The notes below the pieces were generated by a model, which was not told the origin of the DNA, searched no databases, and was given only the letters and a program-made list of their open reading frames with translations. From Camelus dromedarius (lineage: Eukaryota), in the NCBI RefSeq assembly GCF_036321535.1, contig NC_087436.1:27778001-27842000 (forward strand): 64,000 nt of DNA. Reading direction: 5' to 3'. This document shows, piece after piece, positions 38,501 to 50,265 of this stretch; within the stretch, counting starts at the first letter, position 1, and every line of letters starts with the position of its first letter. The position numbers and the translations under genes are program-made.

Positions 38501-39064
38501 AGCTAAGATTCAATACAGCTGGAGAATTATGACTACTTAGTCAGATCTCTCTCTTAACCAAGGAGTTGAAACTAGCATGAATGACAAGGAAGATATTCTA
38601 TTATTTTGGCATTAAAAGTGACAAAACTAAACAAAGGAAGAAAAAGATTCTTCTCCTGTTTCTGGAAACAATACCCAGTGGCCTCACTTATTTTGTCAAG
38701 CTCTCTTGTCAACTAATCTACTAATTTAAAAAATGGCCTTTGATTACATTGTAATTTGTGGACAAGAAGTAGAACAAGATTAATGGGTCTAAAAATTAGA
38801 TAAATCATGTGTCTAGTAAGATATTTTCTTCCTATTGGAAGAATATTTGTATCGTAATACCGTGATATTATAATGTTAGAAAGACAAACAACCAAGAAGG
38901 CTTATGAGGTTGGCTGGTAGGTGGGGTGTTAAAAATTTAAGGATACATATTTTTTCTTTGCAGTAGGTTTGGAGGAATTTGTGCTCTTTATATAAAAATA
39001 GATAATAAAGATTTCTAATTGTCCACTGTGAATACTAAACATACACCTTGACATAGAGTTTTTG

Positions 39065-39385
39065 TTTTCTAAAACAAACTGTATTTTAAGAACAAGTTTA
39101 GGTTTAGAGTAAAAATGAGTGAAAATTCAGAGTTATCTTTACCTCCTGTTCCCAAGCATGCACACTCTCTCTCACTATTGACATCCTGCACCAGAATGGT
39201 GTATCTGTTACAAAGAATGGGTCTGCATTCACATATCATCACGTAAAGTCCATAGTCTACATTAGGGTTCAGTCTTGATATTACATGTTCTCTGTGCTTT
39301 GACAAATGTAAGATAACATACATCCACCATCACAGTCTCGTACAGATGAGTTTCACTGCCCTGAAAATCCTTGTTGTGCCTCTTC
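39065..39385 (-). mobile_element. Short L1 3' end (L1MC1-like)
   Basis: aagtttaggtttagagtaaaaatgag...aaagtccatagtctacattagggttca...tttcactgccctgaaaatcc. Confidence 0.8.
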
Positions 39386-40154
39386 TCTATGTTTCCATCC
39401 ATGTTTTCCCAGTAAACTTAGCATGGATATTTACATTTATTTGAAATTTATTTAATTGCTTATTTAAATGTATCCCCACTCCATTAGAACAAAACTTTAT
39501 TGATGGGTCAGTGTATTTATTGTTAGTTGTTGTTTGATTTTCAAATATATATATATTTTTACATTGCCTGTTAGAGGCACTCAATCAAGTCTTCTTAAAG
39601 ATGTCAAAATTATGTTACCTTGTGTGTACTCCCCTCAAATAAATAAAAAAGGAAAGTACAAGCATTTAGGAAAATGAATCAATTATCTTGTAGGAGTGTT
39701 CCCGTTGTCTCCTAAAAGGTTTTACATTTAAGATGTGCCTCTTTAAGGACAAAAAGAATTCACATTAAATCTTCTTGAGTTTGACTATTCAGGTAAAAAT
39801 ACCCTGTCCTAGGGTACAATTAATTGGCTTTGATCCATGAAGTATTTTTAGTTTTTTCACCTTAATGGTTTAAGAGAAAAACAAAAAGTCTATCAGCCAT
39901 GAAAGCTTCATGAAATTGGTTGTTAGATGTCTACCAACACAACTGACGTGTCAAAAATGTAAAACCTGTTCTTTGAAACAGACTAGGAACAATCCATGCT
40001 TTTCACATTGCAAACTTCAAACTGGTGCATTATTAAAGATGAGTACTGCTTTTATCTAGAGATTGTTTAGGCTTAAAAATGATATTCTTTGTGATCACTA
40101 AGTTTTTACTAGGTGCTCTTCCCAGAAGTAGTAACATTTGATAGATAATTTTAT

Positions 40155-40335
40155 TTAATTATCATACCAATCCTTTGAGACAGACATTACAATTATTGTC
40201 TCCATCTTACAGATTTAATATCTGAGCACAGGAGAGGTTAAGAACTTGCTTAAGATAACACCTCTGGTGTATTATAAAGCAGAGATCAAAAAGAAGCAAT
40301 CTGACTAATAACTGTTTATATTCTTTACCATGTTT
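40155..40335 (-). mobile_element. MIR
   Basis: attattgtctccatcttacagat...gagcacaggagaggttaagaacttgcttaagataacac. Confidence 0.65.
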
Positions 40336-40732
40336 CCATAATATCCCAGCCACAAAATTTCAAAAAACAATAAAAATTAAAAAGACAAAGTTATTGTTTT
40401 ACCTATGTAATCACTTAAAGTATATTTGGTTTGTATTACATGTGAAGTAAAATTCCCAGACTGTATCTTCATCTTAGAAATCCTGAACATTTTAATTGTA
40501 ATGAGATAGAGTTTTTAATTCCACTTTTCTTCTCTTTAAGACTTCACTCTGTCTCCTCCATCATATTTTTATTTTTGCACATTCTAAAGTGAAGAAAACA
40601 TTTATATTAAGAAATTTGAGTACTACTATTTGAGCAAATACTGAAAATTTGGCAAATTTTTTTCAGATATTAATGTGAAGATATGCATTTTTCTAAATAT
40701 ATAATAGATATTTTTATATTTACAAAGTGATT

Positions 40733-41242
40733 ATTGGTACATAAAATGAAGATCTCCCCAATAATGTCCACATCCTAATCCCCAGAATTTGTGAATATGT
40801 TAGGGTCCATGGCAAAGGAAGATTAAGATTGCTAGTTAGCTTATCTTAAAATAAGAAGATTATCCTGGATTATCTGGGTAGAAATAATGACATCACAAGG
40901 GATCTTAAAAATGGTAGGGGGAGGTGGAGGGGAGAGTCAGAAGATGTGACTATGGGAGGAAGGTTCAGAGAGATGCATCTTTGCTGAATTTGCAGATGGA
41001 GGAAGGAGGCTGTGAGCCAAGGAATGTGGGCATCCTCTAGGAGCTGGAAACAGCAAAAACAAAACAAAGTAAAACACACTCTCCCCCAGAGCCACCCAAA
41101 AGGAGTGCAGCCCTTGATTTTAGCCCAGTGTGACCCTTGTCAGACTCCTGACCTACAGAATAGCAAAATAATAACTTGGAAGTGTTTGAAGCTCCTAAGT
41201 TTGCAGCAATTTGCTGTATAGTAGCAATAGAAAACTAATTCA
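40733..41242 (+). mobile_element. MaLR solo LTR, MLT1D-like
   Basis: atgtccacatcctaatccccagaatttgtgaatatgtta...gagccaaggaatgtgggcatcctctaggagctggaaa...gcaatagaaaactaattca. Confidence 0.9.
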
Positions 41243-44200
41243 ATTATAAATTAAACGACGACTTTTAAAATGTTAAACAGGGAAATACTTAGTTTTTGTC
41301 ATTTTGTTTGCTATTTTAAAAGATGAGACAAATATTAACAGAGTGCCTTGAGCTAAGTTCTTGAGATGATATTGCAGTTTGTAAATATTTGTTCTGTGTT
41401 AGTACACATCACATATGCAAGCATATACCTAAAATATAGCAGGGGATATTTCAAATCAATCCTTCCTACAGTAATAGGAGTGGGTCACCAGAATGTGTCA
41501 GTAGAGGGTGCTCATGTATAGGGCAACACTGCTATAACCACAAACATCATCGGATGGGAAAGGGTTCTCCAGAGGTACCAACTCTGACTATACACACATT
41601 TGAAGAATAACTCAGAACCTATGACTGAAAATATGCCTTTCAGGAGGATCATTATTCTGCATTTGTTCTTGGATATTTATTCCATATATGAATAAATAAT
41701 TCTTAAAGAGAGACAACCTTAATTTTAATATATTAAATTTGTTGCCATATTTTTGTTGATAGTATTTAACGGAATGCATTGTGATCATACCAAGTTTGGA
41801 GGTAGAAGACAACATTGTAGCTCATTTGCTACAAATTTGGCATAGAATTCCAGATATTTATGGTGCAATTATACAGAATGGAGGTGTTTTATCATCATTA
41901 CCAGAATTTGTTTTCAAACAAATTTGCCGTTTCAGAGACCTCCTCTATATTTCATGATCATGTAGTCATTGATTAAACATTTTTGAACTTTTACCTTGGA
42001 ATTTCCTAAGCAGTAATTCATGAAATTCCCAGAATATTAAGCTTAAGTATTTTTTATTTCTCTTCCTCTGTCACATCATCTTTCTCTACCATTTTTGTTT
42101 TATATTTATTCACAAAGAGAGTTACGTGGCTTTATGATTCACATTGTTGACGGAATTTGTTTCAGAAATTGAATTTATTTATGTGAAATAAAGTTTTGTC
42201 CTATTCTAGGTTGTTCAAGCAATCAGTGGATAGCAGTTGTATAAAGCAATTCCAAGAGAAAATGTGCACACACACACAAAGGTAAAGAGTGGTTTACTAT
42301 AAATGGAATAAATGCAGTTCTTCTGTGCCAAAAGCTTACTTTGATGCCTGCCACAGTCCCTACACATTACAGGAGTGAGGCTGCAGAAACCACATCAAAG
42401 GTCCAAACCTAAGCTAGCCCCAGGGACCAAGTAAACCAACTGATTTGTCTGCTGCTCTTGCCGCTGATTTAAACTTATTCCATGATTCCCATACAATAAG
42501 AAATATTTCTCTTCGTTGAAACCAGCTCTCTGAGTTATACCCATTTTAGTAACCTGTTATTGACTGCTTCCCACATTTCAGCTTGTCCATCTTTCCCCTA
42601 TCCAATCACTCTGTCCAGGACAAAGTTGTTATCTTTTTAAAACATGGTCCTCCTACTCAAGTCATGACCTTCAACTATCACCCAGACAGATAGGCTTAAG
42701 TAACCCTCAGCTACATGCTGTTTAATACTTCTCATCAACCCAGGAAAAAGCTGGTAACCTATAGATAGAAGACTGACATTGATAGCTTGCTATTCTAGAC
42801 TATCTTATATTTGCTGCTGCTGAAATCTTTCCTGCCAAAGAGAACAGCTCTATTGGACAGGTCCATCCAAGCCCAGACTTACTTCTCTGTAAACGGAATC
42901 CCAAGGTAACTTTTATTAGAAAGCCTTGCATTCATTTGGTTGTGTTTATGTTTCTTAAACAAAGGAGTATACACAAATATTATCTGTAGCCATTGAAAAT
43001 GGATTCTACGGAGACTTTAAGTAAAAGTGAGATGTTTGTAGGTAACACAGCCATTTGCAGAGAAGTGTATCAGCTCATTCAAACTCACCAGGGCATTGGC
43101 TAATATTTAGATAAGCAGAAAAACAAATTAATGCTCAATCAAATCTAGTTTTGTTATTGTCAGGCAGTGGGAACTTGTTTTTAATGAGTTGATAATTCTT
43201 AGAATGTCTCCCAAGTACAAACTAATAGGCTGCACTTTTTCATTTGTTCTGCTTGTCACAAGTGTGGCTAACTTCATATTTGCTTCAATGATGGAATTCT
43301 TTCAGAGTGTTTTGACCTTTTAGTCAATTTGGAATGCTTTTTACTGCTTTGCCACAGTTAGGAAAGATTGATCAGTTACTATATAAGCCTTCTGCATTCT
43401 AGGAGGCTCCTTTATACCATCTGGGTCAAGACAGTTCACAAACAGCTGAACACATATTTTATTGGTTTAATATTGCAGGTGGTTATATCACTTTCATAAA
43501 AGAGCTTTTACTTTCTTTAATTTCAATGTAGAGTCTGGCAAGTGAACTGATAATCAATCACATTTGTTCAGTTGCTTTTTAAAAGCCTAATGCTTCACAG
43601 CAAAAAGATGCCACTGAGCAGACACAGTGGGATTTCATAAGGGTTTTTATTAGACAGACCCTATGCTAGCTTAAAAAATGATTTAATTTGCAGTGTGCAT
43701 ATACCACAGATATTACCATTGCAGAAGAACCTATGGGGTATGAAATATCAATTTACATTTTTTTCAAGATCCAATCATTTTAAATAGGTGTTATGTCTCT
43801 GGGCCAATTCGCAAGGGAGATAGGAAATGGAATGATGAAACAACAAGCAGGTGCAGCAAGTGAATTCATCTTTACTGGATATTTGAAATCATGAAATTCA
43901 AGTAGCATTTACTGTTCTCTTTTATTCCTACAGCTGCAAGACGTAATGGAAAGTGCACCTCGCTGGGACTCGGGAGTCCTGGATTCTGTAGTTGGTTCTA
44001 TGCCTAAAGAATTAGAAACTAAATTAGGTTCTCTGATACCAGGCCAGTGCAAGTAAGGCGATCACAATTAAAATGACTCCGTTAACCAAAAGCATTCAGC
44101 AGGACTTTTGGGTTACTCCCAGAATGTTTGAGCCAGTCCTCTCTACAATTGGTAAGATCTGTCTCTCTTTCTGAGGGGTATCATTAACTTTTTGGGTGAC

Positions 44201-44451
44201 TCTTAGCAAAGTACTCTTTCTATAGTAGGCATTCAATAAATGTTCACTCACATTGTTTTATCTTGATGGACTTTGTTCATTTTAAGGGATGCAGGCTGTT
44301 AGTCTAGGCTGCCATCCTTGAATCCCTTCTCAAACATCTCCTGCTTCTTTTACTTTCCTGTGTGGTGGAGGTTGAGAGGGATGACGTGTAGGAGGTGTTC
44401 CTGAGCTGATCTGAGCAAGCTCATTGTTATAATACTGAGGAATAATTAAAA

Positions 44452-44680
44452 TTGATAATATTTACTTAGTGCCTACTTTCTTCTGAGAACTGTCATGGAA
44501 ACATTCTTACTTTAAGCTTCAAAATAGCTCTGAGATGTAAATACTATTGTATCTATAAAGGCAAAACTGAGCTGAGAGGGTCTAAGGAGATTCATTAATT
44601 TCACACAAGCAGTGATCAGTGGAACTGGATACAAATGCATCTGTATCCATTTCCAATGTACTTGAATGTGAGCACTTCAG
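44452..44680 (-). mobile_element. MIR
   Basis: ataatatttacttagtgcctact...aaactgagctgagaggg...cacacaagcagtgatcagtggaactggat. Confidence 0.55.
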
Positions 44681-45299
44681 TAATCAATTCTAGGCTGGAC
44701 CTGGCAAGATTTGGTTTCATTCTCAATATTTTTAGTAATCCAGCAGCATTAGTCTTCAATAAAAATGTGTCAAAATTTCCAAGAAGATATATTGTGATTA
44801 AAAAGTGGAAATATTAGCAGATTTAATGTATAGCAGATATTTGCTATAGATCTATTAAGTAGATAAGCTATTTTATGCATCTACTAATTAAATGCAAGTT
44901 CATATTTGTATCTTCAATTAAAATCTGGTAAGATTTGTCTCTCTAAAACATATAAAGAAAGTAGCTGCTTATAGGAACACTGAATGATTTAATGACAACT
45001 TCTCACATTAGAATGTTAGATCCTAAAGAACCTGAAAAGGTTGGGAAAGGTGGTCCCTGAAGATTCACATATATGGTTAATAAGTCATATGTCAGAAAGA
45101 AGTTAAATATTTATATCTTGAGGCCCTTCTCATTGCAATATATGCAGACACACAAAAGGGATTGTTGAAAAAAAGCAAGCAGGCAAACAAACAAAAACCC
45201 AATTCTTTGGATCAAGGATCCATTAACTACACTCTACATCAAACCGAAACGTCATTTTCAGAACAGTTGGGATTCAGTCTTCCTGAAGAATAAGACTTC

Positions 45300-45580
45300 T
45301 AGACTCAAGAGCAGAAAGCGGTAGAGCCCTCCGTTAACCACTGGACAGAAATGGTAAGAGAGAGCAAACCTTATTCAGTTTCCCTTTTTCTGCTGAAGAG
45401 ATGTGGAACCATGCATCATTATAGATCCTCTAATCTGAATACTTGAATAACTAGGATCATCAGAGTCCTTCCTGCCAATAGCTTTGCACTTGGAAAGGAC
45501 ATGTGGGTAAAAATAATCTCTTTTGGTTTGAAGCCACTGATATTTTGGATGTTTGGTTTGCTCCGCAGTATAACTTAGCA
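45300..45580 (+). mobile_element. Old MaLR LTR 3' part (MLT1-like)
   Basis: aaaataatctcttttggtttgaagccactgatattttggatgtttggtttgctccgcagtataacttagc is a typical MLT1 3' terminus. Confidence 0.55.
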
Positions 45581-46359
45581 ACCAGGTCTTGATGGTACAG
45601 AACAGTGGTACAGTGTTCTCATGGACGGGGAGTGCTCCTTTTCCTGATTTTTTAAAATAATGTTATCCTTGCAGTAGAGATCTGCTATTTATCCTTGTCT
45701 GTTGGTTTAGACAGCGCCAAATGGGAAGTAAGTTTATAGTGAGACTCATGGATTAGCACACAAATCAGTGTTGAAATGCTCTCTTAAAATGTCCTGCCAC
45801 TTGAATCCTTATGTTCATATTTTATAGCTTTATATCTTCTCCGACCGTTTGTTGATGAATAGAATGAAAGGTTGAGGCTCCCAGTGAATTATTTACTCAA
45901 CTTCCCTGACCTGCAGTCACCATCAAGAAAGGCTTTACTGCTGAAAGTGCCATGTTTACAGAGGTGACACGAGGAGATACCCTGCAGGAGAGAAACATCA
46001 GAATTCCATAGCAGATAAACTTAAGACTCCCTTTTCTTGTTCCAGGAAAAGTTTGTAGTGCTTTAACATCTTGTTTGTCTTAGAGACCAGAAGTCTACAT
46101 CTTCAAGTGATTTTCTGAATATTTGAGTAAATAGACTAGGTTGGGGGGCTTAATATTTTTTATATAGGTAAAGTATCCATATCAATTAAGTTGTATGGGT
46201 GAAGAGGTGAAGAGTTTATTGCGTTAAGATGCCTTTTCTGCTTTCATCTTGCTGCTGCTGCAGAAAGTGTTTCCAGGTAGCTGTGTTCTTGGTAGTTGTG
46301 GCAGTTTTGTGATGGCTTATTAGGGAAAACACTACCCTGCACCCTACCCCCCCCCCCAA

Positions 46360-47592
46360 GTAAATAGATTTTTTTTTACGAGTAGTTTTAGGTTCACAGC
46401 AAAATTGAGCATAAAGTACACAGAATTCCTGTGTACCCCCTGTGCATGCGTGCACACACCAACACACACAGCCACACACGCCTCTCTGATTCTTAACATC
46501 TCTCACCAGAGTGGTACATTTGATACAACTGATGAGTCTACGTTGACACATCATAAACACTCAAATTCTATTGTTTACATTAGGGTTCACGCTTGCTGTT
46601 ATATACTCTATGGGTTTGGACAAATGCATAATGACATATCCACCTTTATAGAGTTATACAGAAGAGAATCACTCTCCTAAAAATCCTCTGTGTTCTGTCT
46701 ATTCATCCCTGCTTTTCCCTTATCATCTGGAAACCACTATCTTTTTATTGTCTCCATAGTTTTACCTTTTCCAGAATGTCATAGAGTTGGCATCACACAG
46801 CATGTAGCCATTTCTGATTGGCTTCTTTCATTTAGTAATGTACATTTAAGGTCCTCCACGTCTTTCTAGGGCTTGATAGCTCATTTCTTTTCAGTGCTAG
46901 ATAATATTCTATTGTCTGGATCTACCACAATTATTTATCCATTCCTCTGCTGAAGGACATCTTTGCTGCTTCCAAGTTTTGACAATTATGAATAAAGCTG
47001 CTATAAATATCTATGTGCAAGTTGTTTCAATAGGCCTAAGATTTCCACTCATTTGGGTAAATGCCAAGAAGCTTGATTGCTGGATAACGCGGTAATGATA
47101 ATTTCTGTTGTTTCATATCCTCATCAACATTTGATGTTGTCACTTGATCATTTTAATAGGTGTGTAGTGGTATTTTATAATTTTAATTTGCACTTCCCTC
47201 ATGACATACGATGTGGAACACCTTTTCATGTGCTTCTTTTCTGTCTATATAGCTCCTTCGATGAGGTATCTGTTTAAGTCTTTTGTCCATTTTTGGCCAG
47301 GTTGTTCACTTTCTTGTTGAGAGTTTTTATGGATATACTTTGTTTCATAAATTTATAATAAGTGTTCTTTACATATTTTGGATCTCTTTTGCAAACACTT
47401 TCTCCTAGTTTGTGGCCTATTTTTTCATTCTCTTGGCAGTGTCTTTTGTAGAGCAGAAGTTTTTAATTTTAATGAAGTCCAACTAATTAATTATTTCTTT
47501 CATGACTCATGCCTTTGCTGTTATATCTAAAAAGTCATCAACATACCCAAGGTCATCTAGATTTTCTCCTACATTATTTCTGGGAGTTTATC
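46360..47592 (-). mobile_element. L1 3' end plus ORF2 C-terminal part (L1MC1-like)
   Basis: agtagttttaggttcacagcaaaattgagc...ttttaatttgcacttccctcatgac...gagcagaagtttttaattttaatgaagtcc...tagattttctcct. Confidence 0.9.
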
Positions 47593-49203
47593 AAGTACTG
47601 GCCTCTCCATTAGTCTGATGAATTAATAGCTATTTTTTATTACACTAAATTATTAATTAATAAAGGGAAATACAGAATATTGGGGTAAGATAGTATGTTG
47701 CTTCTCTTACTTTTATTAAACAACTGTTTGTCTCAAGAGAAAAAAAAGTCCTTGTGATGTAATAATCACCTTACTCCACCTTTTGTTTTTCAGAAGAAAT
47801 AAAAAGAAACTTTAATGATCCTGAAATGACAAATAAAAATGTAGCATCTAAAGTAAAATAATAAATAGGAATAAAATCAAATTAACAAATATCTTGAACA
47901 TATTCTCTCTGTATTATGTGTACGTGTGTGTGTGTGTGAATGGAAATAACCTACGGAAATACAGAATTTTATTTAATAGAACACCTCAAGTTAAGTCCTC
48001 ATTCTGCCTCCCATGGGAAGTGCTTACTGTTTGCTTCCTTTCTGTTGCCTGCTTGCTATGTAATTTAAGACGGATACCTCCCTGTGGGAAACAAAACCTG
48101 ATCAGAGAACAGGTTGCATTGCTTTCTAAAGAAATTATGCCTTAGTGACTGCTGATACGGGCTCTGTCATAATGGAAATGTATAATTAATGCCTTTGCTT
48201 CAACAGTTTTGGAAATAAAACTATCTGAAACTGATTCAAAAAGAAGGATTTAATAGTGAATCCTCTCCCTGTCTAACCATTAATGCATTGGATTGTAGGG
48301 ACCACAGCATACTAAAAATGGCATGATTGGATTTTTGATACCTGGATTGGTTATTGTGGCTATAGCTGAAATACTAAATAATGGAAATCTGCCATGTTAA
48401 ATAAAAGAGAATAAAAAGTCAGTTTCATATAGGTGAAATTCTTCTGTAAGTTGAAAAAAATCAAGCTAGTTCTATTTTTTTTTCTTACAGTGTTTTAGGT
48501 TTAATACACTTTTAAATTTCAGAGTTGCATCTGCTTATGAGATGGAGTTCTGAATTGTATTTTTAAAATGTATGGTGACCTCAATTTTTCTAATTAACCA
48601 TCTTTTTTTTTTTTGTTTTTGAATTCACAGTAGAGGCTGAACATCTGGTAATATGATTCAAATGTCCTCCATCTTCTCACCCTTGAGATTCAGTTTGACT
48701 ATCTACTATTTATATTTTGATTCAAATTTTCAAATGCCTACTTTATTCTGCTGCAATATGTACTAAGGGATTTGAAATGGATGTATCTAATACATCCTTC
48801 AAGATAGATAGTTCTCCCAACACTAAAATATTAGTGCTAAGTAGAGCAGTACTTTTCAAAGAAAAAAAAAAGTGTAACAATGACTTTGCTAACCAAACAT
48901 TGTTATAAGTTATAGACGAATGCAATCCAACAAAAGAATAATTGTTAAAATGAGAATACTACTTTAGTAACTGTAATAATCAAGGATGACAACTGGCTGC
49001 AAAGGAGAAGTCAGTATGTTAGAGGGAAATATCCATGAAAAATAATTAAATATGTATTTTGTTAATTGCTGCAGTTTGAGAATACTACTCAAAATCTTCA
49101 CCAGACATTGGATCCATTATGCATGGACAGTTTGCCTGACTTTACAACCTTAACCTACCACTTCTAACTAGGCAATCCTAGATCATTTATATGTAACTTT
49201 TTA

Positions 49204-49408
49204 TGGTGGAGTGCTGGCACCAACTAATATCAGAGTGTGTGAGTTGATTATAAAATATTTGAAATTTTGTGAGCCAGCTGATGTCACATTTGTAGCTCAA
49301 AATCAGCCGTGGTAGGAATGTTTGCATCATGGAAATAGGCAAACACTACAAACAAGGCTTTTTTTTTTTGTTTTTCAACATATTTGTTCTACAACACTTA
49401 GCAGCACA
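49204..49408 (+). mobile_element. hAT DNA transposon, MER63-like
   Basis: gtgctggcacc...aaaatcagccgtggtaggaatgtttgcatcatggaaataggcaaacactacaaacaaggc...ttagcagcaca. Confidence 0.7.
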
Positions 49409-49502
49409 AAGTTCTCTCTATACCTTGGTTTCTCTATTTCTAAAATGTGAATAATAGTTGTATTTACCTCCAATATTTAAAATTTTTAATCACATAAATT
49501 GA

Positions 49503-49616
49503 TTTTTTAATTGAGGTATAGTTGATTTACAGTGTTATATTAGTTTCAGGCATACAACATTGTTATTCAATGTTTTTATAGATTATACTTCATTTAAAGT
49601 TACGAAATATTGGCTA
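49503..49616 (-). mobile_element. L1-type extreme 3' end
   Basis: ttttttaattgaggtatagttgatttacagtgttatattagtttcaggcatacaacat...aaatattggcta; similar to the 3' end at about 55295-55410. Confidence 0.85.
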
Positions 49617-49911
49617 AAATGGAAGTCACCCAATCAGAACTGCAAAAAGAAAAACAAATTTTAAAAAGGAGAATAGTTTAAGGGATCTTTGAGACAACAG
49701 AAAGCATACCAACATACACATTATAGGAGTCCAGAAGAAGAGAAAGAGGAAGGAACTGAAAATGTATTTGATGAAATTATGGCTGAAAAGTTCCCAAACC
49801 TAAAGAAGGAAAGAGATATTCAGGTACAGAAAACACACAGGGTCCCAAACAAGATAAACCTAAACAGACCCACACCAAGACATATCATGATTAAAATGCC
49901 AAAAGTTAAAG
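49617..49911 (+). mobile_element. L1 ORF1 fragment, inverted relative to the adjacent 3' end
   Basis: ORF 49689-49943 includes ENVFDEIMAEKFPNLKKERDIQVQKTHRVPNKINLNRPTPRHIMIKM, a well-preserved ORF1p motif. Confidence 0.92.
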
Positions 49912-50029
49912 GATGCATTGTACAGCACAAACTGGTATTTTGAAAGGTGTAGAGTCATGACAGATGCATGATAAGCTCCACATAAGCGCTTTTATCTAGG
50001 AAAACTAATGCAAGCAAACTCGGATGTGT

Positions 50030-50265
50030 TCTAAATGTATTTACTGAGTACCTCATGGTGAGTGCTAGGCTCTTGGCTCAAATCAGTGACAAAACAAAGA
50101 TCCATGGCCTCTCAGAGCTTGCACTCAAGCTGAGAAATGCAAGTACATCATCATTTATTACATTATATAATCCCGAACTTTTGATGGTACCCATTATGAA
50201 AAAGAAAAGAATAGGATAAGGAAATGATAAGACATTTTAAATAGTGTGATCAGAGTAGACATCAT
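50030..50265 (-). mobile_element. L2 fragment
   Basis: aaatgtatttactgagtacc...gtgctaggctcttgg...ccatggcctctcagagcttgcactc. Confidence 0.55.

Larger units (their letters stand above)
49412..49945 (+). mobile_element. MIR interrupted by an L1-type insertion
   Basis: ctctctataccttggtttctctatttctaaaatgtgaataatag...tacctc before the insert; atgcattgtacagcacaaactggta after it. Confidence 0.5.

Noticed and set aside
42210..42281. 72-nt exon-like segment (ttctag|G ... AAG|gtaaag)
   Set aside because: Moderate splice sites, contains a CA run, peptide unrecognisable, and no partner exons.
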